64,000 nucleotides of DNA from the NCBI GenBank assembly GCA_035221665.1, contig CM069160.1:1302001-1366000 (forward strand), in the 5' to 3' direction. This document shows, piece after piece, positions 23,161 through 34,834 of the stretch. The DNA is from Okamejei kenojei (lineage: Eukaryota). Position 1 is the stretch's first letter. Each line of letters begins with the position of its first letter. The position numbers and the translations under genes are program-made. A model generated the notes under the pieces. That model had not been told where the DNA came from. It searched no databases and saw nothing but the letters and a program-made list of their open reading frames with translations.

Positions 23161-24689
23161 TGATATAATAGTAAAGAAGTTGTCCACCACTCTCAATGGG
23201 TACATTTCCTCTGAAGTCTCTGACTGTCTCGCAATCTCAACTCGTTTATCATCAGGAAAACTTGGAAACGTGACATATGGCCCCTTCATTGATACAGATC
23301 ATGAATAATTTGGGCCAGAGCACCAGTCCCTGCTGAACCGATAATTCACAGCCTGCCAGCCCGGGAACAGCCTGGTGATTCCCACTATGTACTTTCTGTC
23401 CAATAACCAATTCTCAGTCCATGTCGTGTTTGTCCATGTGCACCTCCATTGATGATTAAACCTGTGTTGGACTTTATTGAAATACCCCAATCCACTGGTC
23501 CCCCCCTGACATATTTAACCACTCAGTCTTGGAGAACTCCAATTAGGGAGTGGAAACTCTTCCTATTATGGCCATGCTCCAAATCCCAGCGCCTGTGACA
23601 TCACTTCCACCTTACGGAAATCAAAGACAAAATTCTTCCTTGGTGAGCAGGAAGCCAGGATGACCTTGTTGATGGCAGGGATTGGATATGGTCACCTAGA
23701 AAGATTCCGTGGGAGGAAGTTGAGAGTCAATGTGGTCTTGACCTCCACAGTAAACATGGCAGATGGTTTTCATACAGTGTGTCTATAACCTGGTGAGGAC
23801 AGCCTGGGGAACCTGAGCCTGGAGTACGCAGATGCTCAGGATGGAATGTGATGTTTCTCAATCTGCTGTAAAATGGGCTTCACTAATGAACATGTCTGTG
23901 TCTTCCAACCTGAGGTCCCATCCACCCCGAGTGTCCAGTCACAGCCATACTGACACCCTCAGTGAAGGAGGACTTCTCACAATGTCTGCACTGATATTCA
24001 TTGACTGAGTATCTCAGCAGCTAAGTTCCATCAGCTCAGTCCATGGGCTTTGGAGGGTGTGTGAGCTGTCTTGGTCACTGCTGAATCTGCCCAGTCAGGT
24101 CCCAGCAAATCTGTGGTAAAGTGGGAAGAGGGTGCTCCTGTAAAGTGGGAAACAGCCGAGCCTGTTTCCTGATGCTTTGTGTGTGGGGCCTGAGCTCGTA
24201 CTTATGCTGCCACAGGTGGGAAGGAGCCCTGTACAAGCAGTGACTTCATTGGGTGTGTTCCCAACTGGATGAGCCTCAGGATTCGGTGGATTATGACAAG
24301 TCCAATGTTGAGTGACGTGGTGTCACTGGGAGATGAGGGGGAGATTCAGTTTCATAGAATATAGGTTAAATATTCTGTATAGATCTATATAGTTTTTTTC
24401 TCATTAAATGAAAGGACAATTAGCCGATCAAGTCTATGCCAACTGTCTGAGCAACTCTGTTAATTCCCTCCCTCTCTTTTCCCTGTCATTATCCTGCCTC
24501 ATGTGCCCATTAACAACCCCAGATTCTACTATTCACCCACACACTTTGGGTAATTAATCCACTAACCTGCATGTCTTTGGGATGTGGGAGGAAACCAGAG
24601 CACGTGGAGGAAACCCACGCAGTCACAGGGCGAGTATGCAAACTCCATACATTAATGGGTGGGTTTACAGGGCAGCTTGGTGAGCAGCC

Positions 24690-25100
24690 ATTAGTGAGAG
24701 ATTACACTGAGAGGGGGAGGGAGGGGAACAACACATTGAATGTGAGGGGGAAGAACAGAGAGAGAGAGAGTGGGAGGTGAAAGACACACAGGGAAGGTGG
24801 GGGGAGTCATGCAGAGAGAGAGTGGGGGGTAGAAAGTGCAGAGAGAATGGGGGGGAGGGACATGCAGAGAGAGTGGGGGAGGGTGAGGCGAAGGACGTGC
24901 AGAGAGAGTGGAGGGATGGAGGTGAAGGACACACAGAATGAAGGGAGGAAGGGGGAGGGAAAGGACAGTGAGTGGAGGGATGGAGGGAATGTACACAATG
25001 AGGGAATGACAAGGGAAGGGACTGAGATAGTGAGGAAAAGGATTGAGGGGAAGGAGGGAAAGTACACACTGAGAGGGTGGAGAGGAAAGAATGAGGGAGA
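24690..25100. repeat. GA-rich low-complexity tract
   Basis: Purine-rich gagggg/gagaga runs. Confidence 0.8.
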
Positions 25101-25304
25101 TGTACAATCTCTATACCCTAGAGGGGTTCAATTCTCCACACAGAGAAGTTCACATTATTCTCAAACACTGACTTTGACAACCATCCAGTATTGGTGCTTG
25201 ATCTAACTTCTCCATTTGACCCGTCCATTTGATCGGAACCTCTCCTTAGTTTAAAGTTCTCTGTTGCCTCTCAGCATTTGTTCATGATTCATGTCATAGA
25301 CACG

Positions 25305-25495
25305 GAATTAGGCCATTCAGTCTACTCCACCATGGCTGATCTATCTTTCCCTCTCAACCCCATTCTCCTGCCTTCTCACCATAAATCTTGACATCCTTAC
25401 TAATCAAGAACCTGTCAATCTCCGCCTTAAACATACCCAATGTCTTGGCCACTTTTGTCTGTGGCAATGAATTCCACAGACTCACCACCCTCTCA
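25305..25495 (-). mobile_element. CR1 LINE 3' fragment
   Basis: Reverse complement of agggtggtgagtctgtggaattcattgccacag and the 3'UTR. Confidence 0.7.
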
Positions 25496-26464
25496 CAGGT
25501 ACACTATTTGGGAGTGCAAACTTAATACCACGTTTCCATTGCTTTGTAACAACCCCAGACCAATTCCATTCTCCTCATTCTCCCCCAGATCATTCCCAAA
25601 CTAATCCCATTTCCCACACTCTCCACCTGATCATTCCTAGACCAATCCCATTGCCCACACATTCCCCACTTGATGTCCCAGACCATTCCCACTCCTCTGC
25701 TCTCCACATAGCTCCAGTTAAGTCTGAAGTGAATCCCACAGGTGTGCAAATTTCCTACAGTTGTAACAAGGTAGATCTCATCCCGCTCTCTCCTCAGTTC
25801 CTGCGATCAGATTCTATTTTACCGATTTGTCCAAACTTTACATACATGTTCGCGGGGCTCTGGTTCAACAATTGCCGTGACCTCAGACAGCTCCCCCCGT
25901 GTATAAGCTCTGATGGTGCCCATCTTACATTTCCAACCTTCCATCACTCTCGTGTGGGATGTGTCTCCGAGGCAGAGAAGATTGGACAGGTGTATGTGAT
26001 GAAGTCTTGATCATGAGGGGCTCTCACACAGCAGACAGGTGAAGTTGTTTCTGCCGCCATGGGTCAGGAACCAGACGAGATGGATTTAAGCCAAGTGAGA
26101 TTTTCAAGCAGCAATCTCCTGTGATCTGGAATTCCCTGCTTGAATCTGGAAATAGGTTGAATAATTATACTAGATAATGGGATAAAGGGCTGAAGGAAAT
26201 GCCATGTAGTTGTAGGACAGGCTGGATGCTGCTTTCACATCGCTGGTAGAATGGGAATGTTGAACGTTTGCTGTTTGATAGTGTGAGTATTTCACACAGA
26301 TCAAGGAGTTACTGACATGTGGGAGCAGGGTTTGCCAACGTAAGTGTGTATTGGATGTGGGACTGGCTCCCCTCCACCCAGGTGGGCTTAGTGCCCCAAC
26401 TCTCTGCTCTGTGTTCACCCCGGGCTCTCTGTTGGATCCTCACCCTTCCCTCATCTCTCCCCAG

Positions 26465-26610
26465 AGCCCGAGGTACCCGAGGAAGCGTCCGGCCCTGGAA
26501 CCGTGATCTGCGCTCTGGGAATCACTCTGGGAATCATCAGCGCCGTGGTGGGAATCATCTTACTGATCAAAGAGAGGCAGCGGCTGCAGGCTCAGCAGCA
26601 GGGCATCTAG
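26465..26610 (+). CDS. MHC-IIA: MHC class II alpha chain exon 4 (connecting peptide, TM, cytoplasmic tail, stop)
   Basis: Acceptor ...catctctccccAG at 26463-26464. (E)PEVPEEASGPGTVICALGITLGIISAVVGIILLIKERQRLQAQQQGI*, with the class II alpha C-x2-G-x3-G-x6-G TM pattern. TAG at 26608-26610, then CG|GTGAGT donor at 26613. Not in the ORF track. Confidence 0.96.
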
Positions 26611-27144
26611 CGGTGAGTGCGGGGCCGGTGATGATCACAGTCTCTGCCCGATCCCATCACTGGGGGAGATTCTCCATCAGAAACTCCCAAGGCTGCTCCT
26701 TGTTCACCCCTCTGGTACCAGGGCTCCACCGTTCACCCACCAACCAGACACATTATCCAAACCTTCAGTGAAAATGGAAATCCAGGGAGGTTTAAATCTT
26801 GGAAGGCCAATTTCATTCAATAAGGGAAGACCTGACAAAGGTAGAGACACAAGAGACTGGAGATGCTGGAATCTGGAGCAACACACACGCTGCTGGGGAA
26901 ACTCAGGCTGATACAGGGTTTCAAGCTGAAATGTCAACCATTTCATTCTCTTCATGATGCTGCTCAACCCGTTGAATTTCTCCAGCAGTTGGTTTGTTGC
27001 TCCTGGCACAGGATGTAGTCTACATCTACACAGTGGGATGGGAAGCATTCAAGGGAGAAATAACGAGAATTAGCCCAATCAATCACCAGACCAGACACCC
27101 CATCATTGACTCCATCAATGATTTGACTCCACCACTGACATGAG

Positions 27145-27430
27145 GGCGACACAATGGCACAGTGGCAGTGTTGCTGCCTTACAGCGCCATATACCTGACT
27201 ACAGAGTTTATACGTTCTCCCTGTGTCCGCGTGGGTTTCCTCTGGTTGCTCCAGTTTCTATCCACACTCCAATGAGTGTGTAGGTCAAGTTTGTAGGTTA
27301 ATTTGACTTCTGTTAATTGTAATTGTGTGTATGCCTAGTGTGCAGGATAGTGCCAGTATACGGTTACTGTTGGTCGGTGCAGACTCTGTTGGCTGAAGAG
27401 CCTGTTGCCATGCTGTATATTCGAATGTCT
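27145..27430 (+). mobile_element. HE1-like SINE
   Basis: tggcacagtggcagtgttgctgccttacagcgcc...gttctccctgtgtccgcgtgggtttcc...ggctgaagagcctgtt. Confidence 0.7.
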
Positions 27431-28929
27431 AAAATAAAGTAAAGCCACACATGCTGCCTCAAGAAAGCAGCAAATATAATCTGAAGCAGGGTCTCAACTC
27501 GAAATATCGCCTATTCCTTTTCTCCAGTGATGCTGTCTGACCCGCTGAGTTACTCCAGCTTATAATCAAAGACTTGCCCTACCCCGGTCATTCCTTTTTT
27601 CTCCCTGCTCCTATCCAAAAGAAGGTACAGAAGCTTTAAATTGCCGCAGCAGACTCAGGAACTGCTTCTTCCCCTCTGTTATCAGGCTACTGAACAGGCC
27701 TGACGGGCTTCCTTCCAAAAGCTAAATATGTCCAATTCATCTCTACCCTATTAAGACATCGGATTTTTATGTTCCATTCCCCTCTAATTGTAATGCAACA
27801 CTATTGCAATATAAACTCTTAGGGCTAAAGGAATCAAGGAATATGGGGAAAAAGCAGGAACGGGGTACTGATTTTAGATGATCAGCCATGATCATATTGA
27901 ATGGCGGTGCTGGCTGAAAGGGCCGAATGGTCTACTCCTGCACCTATGTTTCTAGGTTTCTAATGGTGAGAACTATATTCTGCACTCTGTATCTTCCCCT
28001 TTGCTCCATCTATTGTACTTGAGTTTGATGTTTGAATTTATTTATGGCATATCTCATCTGATTGGACAAAGCAAATTGAATAATTGAATTGAATCATTAA
28101 AGTACTGTACCTCAGTACACGTGAGTGTAATAAACCTAACCGAAACTTAAATATGCCCCATTGAGGGGAAAAACAGAGGCTACAAGTATGGAGAAGCTGG
28201 ATTTAGAGGGGCCATTGAGAGTTAGATTAAGAGTGAAAAGATGGCATGTGACAGTTATAGGGGACTATAAAACTATAGGAGATGCTTCAAATAGACAAAC
28301 TATGTCCAAAACTAGCAGCAATCATAGATAGAGTGTAGGTAGAGAGTTGTTATTTTTAAGACTGAGTACTGGTGTTCCACAGGGATTGGTGCTGCTATCC
28401 TGGCTTGTAATATATGTCAATGACTTGGATGTGGGTGTAATGTTCGGTAAATTCGTGGATGAAATGAAGATTGATAGAGCAATTTGGTCGTGTGGAAGAT
28501 AGTCATAGAAACATAACATAGGTGCAGGAGGAGGCCATTCGGCCCTTCGTACCAGCACCGCCATTCATAGTCAGGTGGCAGAAAGATGCCAGTGGTTAAA
28601 TGGGCTGATAAATGCAGATGGTGTTTAATTCAGACAATTCAGTATTGAGGGACCTTGCAGTACATCCATAGATCCCAGACATGACATTACACGTAGTTAA
28701 CATGGTTAGGAAGCCCTATGCTATACTGACTTTCATTAGTCTGGGCACTGAAATCAGATATCAGGTGGTTATGCTCTACCTCAGCTAGGGCAGTGCATGC
28801 AGTTCTGATCATCTTGCTGCATGAATAATCTGATAGCACTGAGGAAAATGCACAGCAGATTGACCAGGAGTTTGCCTGCGATGGAGCAGGTCAGTTATCA
28901 GGAACATAATATATAAGGGAGTGCAGTAC

Positions 28930-29530
28930 AGTGACAGGCCCTTTGGATCATGTAGTTGATGTCAAATTAAACTAATCCCTTCTGCCTGTACATAATGCAT
29001 ATCCTCCATTCCCTGTATATTCATGCGCTCATCTAAAAGCTCTTAAATGTCACTATTGTATCTACTTCCACCGCCACTCCCAGCCAGGCACCCACCAATC
29101 TGTGTGTAAAGAAACTTGCCCCGTACATCTCCTTTACAATTTCTGAACTCTAGTCATTCACATTTACCTCCTGGGATAAAGGTTTTGACTGTCTACCCTT
29201 TCCATAACTTTCCACAATTCTCAGAATTTTATATACATCTATCAGATTTCCTCTCAATCCTCGACACTCTTGAGAAAACAGTCCAAGTTTGTCCAACTTC
29301 TCCTTACAGTTTATACTCTCTAACCCAGGAAGCAACCTGATAAACAAACCTGTTCTGCAGCCTCCCCAAAGTCTCCACATAATCTCTGAACTGCACACAA
29401 TATTGCAAATGCAGTCAAACCAAAGTCCTGACTAGTTTGACTTCCCAAAATGCAGCACCTCACACTTATCTGCATTAAACTCCATTAACCATTCCTCAGC
29501 CTACTTGCCCAACTGATCAATATCCTGTTG
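28930..29530 (-). mobile_element. CR1 LINE fragment
   Basis: RLLPGLESINCKEKLDKLGLFSQECRGLRGNLIDVYKI. Confidence 0.7.
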
Positions 29531-29699
29531 TAATCTTTGATATCTATTTTCGCCATCTACAATACCACCATGAAGCTCTCAACCATTTCCACATCTGCAC
29601 CATTGATGCTGATTGGGGCATGTACTCTATCACACGTTCTGAAGTCGATAACTCACTCCTTTGTCTTGCTGACATTGAGGCACAGGTTGTTGTGTAGTT

Positions 29700-29990
29700 T
29701 CGTTTAGAGATACAGTGTGAAACAGGCCCTTCGGCCCATTGAGTCCACGCCAACCAATGATCGCCCATACGCTAGTTCCCATCCTACACAGTAGGGACAA
29801 TTGACAGAAGCCATTTAACCCACAAACCTGCACGTCTTTGGAACATGGGAGGAAACCAGATCACCTGGAGAAAACCCATGCTGTTACAGGGAGAACATGC
29901 AAACTTTGTACAGCCAGGACCTGTGTTCAGGATCAATCCAGTGTCTCTGGTTCTGTAAAGCAGCAACTCCACCGCTGCGTGACTGTGCTG
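29700..29990 (-). mobile_element. HE1-like SINE
   Basis: Reverse complement of the SINE head, core and CR1-like tail (tgggccgaagggcctgtttc). Confidence 0.7.
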
Positions 29991-30924
29991 TCCCTGTGCC
30001 TTTACACCATGTTACCAAGTTCTCCATCATTTCCTGTACTCTGTCTCATCATTATTCATGATCCAGCCCACCACAGTGATGTCATCTACAAATTAGATGG
30101 AGTTAGAGTCAAATTTGGCCTTGCGGTCCTGAGTATATAGGGAGTATAGAACGGGACCGAGGCATTTCTTTGTGAATGTCCATCCACAGACTATTAATAG
30201 CAGCATGACCGGATGATTGGGGTTAAAAAGATGCATGGAATATTTCCTTTATTAGCTGAGGTGTGGAATATAGAGCAGGGAAATTCACATTCACCCAGGG
30301 AAATATCTATAATACTAGTCACGCTAGCTTCACACTGTGTATGGTTCTAGTCACCACATTGCAGGGGAGTTTTGACTGCATTGGGTGGGAGATCTACTGA
30401 AGGAAGACTGAATAGACGTGGGCTGTTTCCTTTACAACGGAGCAGAATGAAGGAAGACCATTGAGGGAAATAGTTCACGAGGGACCGAGAGAGTCAATAG
30501 GAAGGACTGATACCTATTAGCAGAGGTGAAGACACAAAGTAATTGTGAAAGATGGAGAGCAGATATGAGGAATTTTTTCATCTGTGGGTAGTGGAGATTT
30601 GCCCTCAAAGGGAGCAGAAAGCAATGGCAGGTGTCCCTGTGACTATGACCATCTAGACTGGCTCCCCTCTCCACCCCTCCCTCTCTCCAGATTCTCTCAG
30701 CCCTCCTCCCTATTGATCCACTGCACTCTCTCCCCAAGCCCCTCCATCAAACTGTTTGGCAAGTTAGTGGATGATATGAAGATAAGTGGAGAGGCAGGTG
30801 GTATTGAGGAACTAGAGAGTCTGCAGAAGAACTTGTAAAGAATGGGAGATTGGGCAAAGAAGTGGCAAATAGAAAACAGCAAGCCAAGTGTATCGTCATA
30901 CACGTTGGTAGACGGAACAGGGGT

Positions 30925-32034
30925 GGGGGTGGCGCAGTGGCCCAGCAGTAGAGTTGCTGCCTTACAGCGCCAGAGACCCGGGTTCAACCCTGACTACGGG
31001 TGCTGTCTGTATGGTGTTTGTACGTTCTCCCTGTGACTGTAAGGGTTTCCTCTGGGTGCTCCAGTTTCCCCCCACACTCCAAAGATCAACAATCAACTAT
31101 TAGTTTTATTCATCACATTACACATGAAGTGCAAGTGAAATGAGTTTGCCAGCAGCGGTACAATGATAAAGAACACACAGAACACAATAAAAATGTAACA
31201 CAAACATCCACCACAGCATTCATCACTGTGGTGGAAGACACAAAATTTGGCCAGTCCTCCTCCATTTTCCCCCGTGGTCGGGACCTCAACCCCCCGCAGC
31301 CGTCGCTGCGGGCGTCCAGATGTTCAGACATGGTAAAGTCCAGGTAAGTCCTGGATTGGTGCTTCCCCACCGGAGACCGCGGCTTCAGGTTGGTGTAGGC
31401 CGCAGACCGGCGGTCGCAGATTTAAAGTTCCCGCCGCAGCCAGAAGCACCGCAGATCGCAGGGCCGACGGTCGAAGCTCCTCTCCAGGGATCCCCGGTGA
31501 GGGACCCCGCTCCTGATGGTAAGTCCCCGCCGCGCCCTCAGTAGAAGTTGGCCGCGGGCTGGTGGTTGGAGCTCTTCTCCTCCCGGGTCCCCCACAAGGG
31601 ATCCCAGGCTGCGGACTCCACGCCAGCTGGAGCTCTGCAGACCGTGGCTTCAGGCTGCCGCGGGCCAGCGAAACGGAGCGCTCCCCTCCATGCTGAGAGT
31701 CCACGCTGCGCCCGCCGCTGAAGCCCCGGGCACGTCTCCGGAAAAGCCCGATCCTCATTGTTAGTCCCACGGGGGAGGGGACTTGGAAAAAGTCGCCTCT
31801 CCATCGAGGAGGCGACCAAAAACGGTTTCCCCCTCACCCTCCCACAACACCCCCCACACAAGACGCACAAAAGAAACATTAAAAACATACTTTAAAACAC
31901 ACAAAAAAAAAGTTGAAATGACTAACACGCTGCTAACAGGGCTGGCGGCTTGCAACGCCCCCACCGACCCACCGACTAAAAGATGCACAGGTTTTGTAGG
32001 TTAATTGGCCTCAGTAAAAATTGTAAATTATCCT
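30925..32034 (+). mobile_element. HE1-like SINE split by a LINE-derived insert
   Basis: SINE 30925-31086 resumes at ~31978 (aaagatgcacaggttttgtaggttaattgg). Confidence 0.72.
31087..31977 (-). mobile_element. Short non-autonomous LINE-derived (Rex/RTEX-like) element
   Basis: GC-rich body, AATAAA plus (gattgtt)-type tail on the - strand, AAAGAT repeated on both flanks. Confidence 0.55.
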
Positions 32035-32037
32035 TAA

Positions 32038-32344
32038 GGGGCTGTCCCACTGTCCGAGCTAATTCAAGAGTTCTCCCGAGTTTCCTCTGATTCGAACTCG
32101 GAGAATTACGGTAATAGCTGCTCGTAGGTACTCTGGGCTCTCGTGAAGATTTTTCAACATGTTGAAAAATCTTCACGCGTATTCCCGAGCTTACCGCGTT
32201 TCCCTAGTACCTGCCATTAGCGTTACGAGTCGCTAAGAGATGTCCCAAGCTCCGACGAACCCGCTACGTATATTCTAAGTACTTACCACGAGTTCGATTT
32301 TTTTTTTAAACTCGGGAGAGCTCTTGAATTACCTCGTACAGTGG
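32038..32344. mobile_element. PIF/Harbinger-type MITE, right TIR cut by the ERV
   Basis: TAA|GGGGCTGTCCCACTGT...ACAGTGG|LTR; a complete relative in inverted orientation at 45829-46134. Confidence 0.75.
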
Positions 32345-32990
32345 TGTGAGATACCCTTTATGCTCACAATTAATACTCAAAGACTAAATCCTGGAAGCAA
32401 GAGATTTCTTTATTTTACGAGTCTGCAGACCGGGTGCCTCTCCAACTCGAGACACACCGAAGCCAGAGAGATCATCCCCCTTTATACACAAAATCTTACA
32501 TTCAATCTCCCCTCCGGACCTTTCTCCAATCAGGGTCGGAGGTGCACAATCTGTAGGTACAACCCACCGTACATCCCCTCGCACCTCCCATATCATACAT
32601 TGCATGTTCAAACATGTTCATGGTAATGAGCAATTTCTTGACCAGGGGTGTGTTGTAATATTCATTCATTCTATTAAGCATGCTCAATTGCTCATGACCT
32701 GGCCCAGTTTTACTCACCTCCTAGTGAACCCTCTCAGTTTTCCTATATCAGTACTAAAGCTAAGCTATAGTGACAGGGGTCCCGTCTATCACTCCTTTCC
32801 ACTGATAGGGATCTCTCTACATCACCCCCTTCTCTAGCTATACAATGAATCTCTTCTTACTCAAGGCCTCAAGGATGGGTCTGGCAACCTTCAGACACTG
32901 CTGTCAGAATCCTCTCTCCAGCCCCTCTCTGTTTGAATTCTCTTTAAAAACTCCTTTCTTTAATAGGGTTTAATCACTTTATCCCTCACA
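32345..32990 (-). repeat. ERV 3' LTR (646 bp)
   Basis: TGTGAG...CTCACA termini, PPT AAAAGAAAAAGGGAGGAT at 32991-33008, TATAAA at ~32481-32486 and AATAAA at 32409-32414 on the - strand. Confidence 0.9.
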
Positions 32991-33024
32991 ATCCTCCCTT
33001 TTTCTTTTGCTACGCATACACTGA

Positions 33025-34826
33025 TTAAACCCTCATTTTAAGTTCCTTCAATTCGAACTGACGTAACATCGTCCTAACCTTCTCCTCCTGTAAATCATAA
33101 ACTTCCCCTGGCCGCATTATCATTATTTTCTGTATTTCCCCTTTCTCTCCCATAGGCATGACTACAGCCTGCATCTGACTTATACTTCTGGTAATAAGTT
33201 CCCTAAAACAAGGGATACAACAGGGGATAAAGATCAGTCCAGCCACTGCACATAGAAACACAAGTCCCACCGTTCTCCACCATGTTCCTCCGAGGATAGA
33301 ATCCCACCATTGGGTTCCCATAATCGAATTCCACTTTTGTATTGGAACATGCGCCAACTTCCGGATCCCTTCTGATATGTCCATCACTGCCTGTCCATTA
33401 TCATCGATGTTCAAACAGCAATTAGAGAGGTTGAATTTCCCGCATACCCCTCCTTCTTCTGCCAGGAGATAATCTAGGGCTAACCTGTTCTGGTATATTG
33501 CTGCTCTCATCTGCATCTGCTGCTTTGCCAGCATCTCCAGCGCCCCCGCAGTTTGGTTGGTAATTACCTCCAGTACGGCCTGAAGCCTTATGATCCGGTT
33601 TAACATGTATACTGGTGTTCGGTAGCCCCAGGATCCATCCTGTGCCCAAGTTGGCTGGTCCGTAGTATGAGATGATCCTTGCTGGTGGCCACTCATCATC
33701 TTCCCATTCTCCAATGTCTATTTTCCTCTTTTTCCGATATAGGTCATCAAATACAGGTGTTCCTAACGACCGGCCTTCTTTGGGGTTTAACAGGAAGAAT
33801 CCAGGTTGTACCAGTCCAATAAAACAAGTCCCACTCCAATTCATCGGTAACACCGAGTATGCCTTGTATCCGCATATCCATAACAATCCTTCAGGGGCCG
33901 GTCCACTAGAGGCAACCTTGTATCTCGCAATACTGGGATCCCCTGATAAGGGTTATTCCCGGTGCAGTTCCATAGTCCGGCTGATTCCACTCCATCAATC
34001 TCCATCCGGATAGCGCAGTTTTTCCCATATTTCTTAGTTAGATACCATTTAGGCTCCTCTGGCCACCACACTCGGGACTGATTTGGCCACTGGGTGACGA
34101 TGCGCTGGCAGGGGCTGCTGCCTACTAGGACGGCATCCTTTGCCCAGGGGCCTAGCGATACACTCAGTCCCGACCGGAGCATCTGTCAGGACCCATACCT
34201 GGGGATCTCGGTCTTGTCCAATTGTCAGGTTCCACCCCATCAGGTCCCATATTTCAACAATGGATCCTCTCCATGGCCAGCGTGAATTCATCAGTGGTCC
34301 TCCGCAGACCCAACAGTTAGTCACATTCAGGGTCCCAGCTACCGGGGTGGCCAAGTCAACAAAACAGGTTTTTTTCTCCTTCAGGGATTTCGATCTGCTT
34401 CTTGATTTCTTCGTACAGTGTCTGGTGCACTTGAGGCTGAGTATGTGGGGGAGGGGGAGGCTTAGTGACTACTACCTTAGTAATCTCTTTCACTACTTCC
34501 TCCTTCGTCTTATCTATTGCCCCTTTTATGATCTGAGAAGGGAAAACTAACTGTACACAAACCCATCTCTCTCCCCTTGGGCAGGTAACGGCCCCAAACT
34601 TCCCTATATACCCCCTATTGCCTGCCATCAAATACTCCTTTCCCCCCTCTTTACAAATGATTCTATTCTTTCGGTCATGGCATGCTTTATTCACATGGGA
34701 ATGATAGGTAAATGATCTGGTTATTACCCCTCTGTATTGAATAGGATGATAACATTTATCACAATTATTAATACCTTTTACAACAATTACATACAAAGCA
34801 AACAATACCACAACTGCTCCTTTCAT
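33025..34826 (-). pseudogene. env: ERV envelope (ERV3/HERV-R-type), several frameshifts
   Basis: Signal peptide MKGAVVVLFALYVIVVKG, CWVC (CXXC), furin site [46 protein letters not shown]7CC, TM helix. Confidence 0.93.
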
Positions 34827-34834
34827 ACTGTCAG

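Noticed and set aside
26319-26771. 150-aa ORF over exon 4
   Set aside because: Wrong frame; the MHC TM exon is read in another frame bounded by splice sites.
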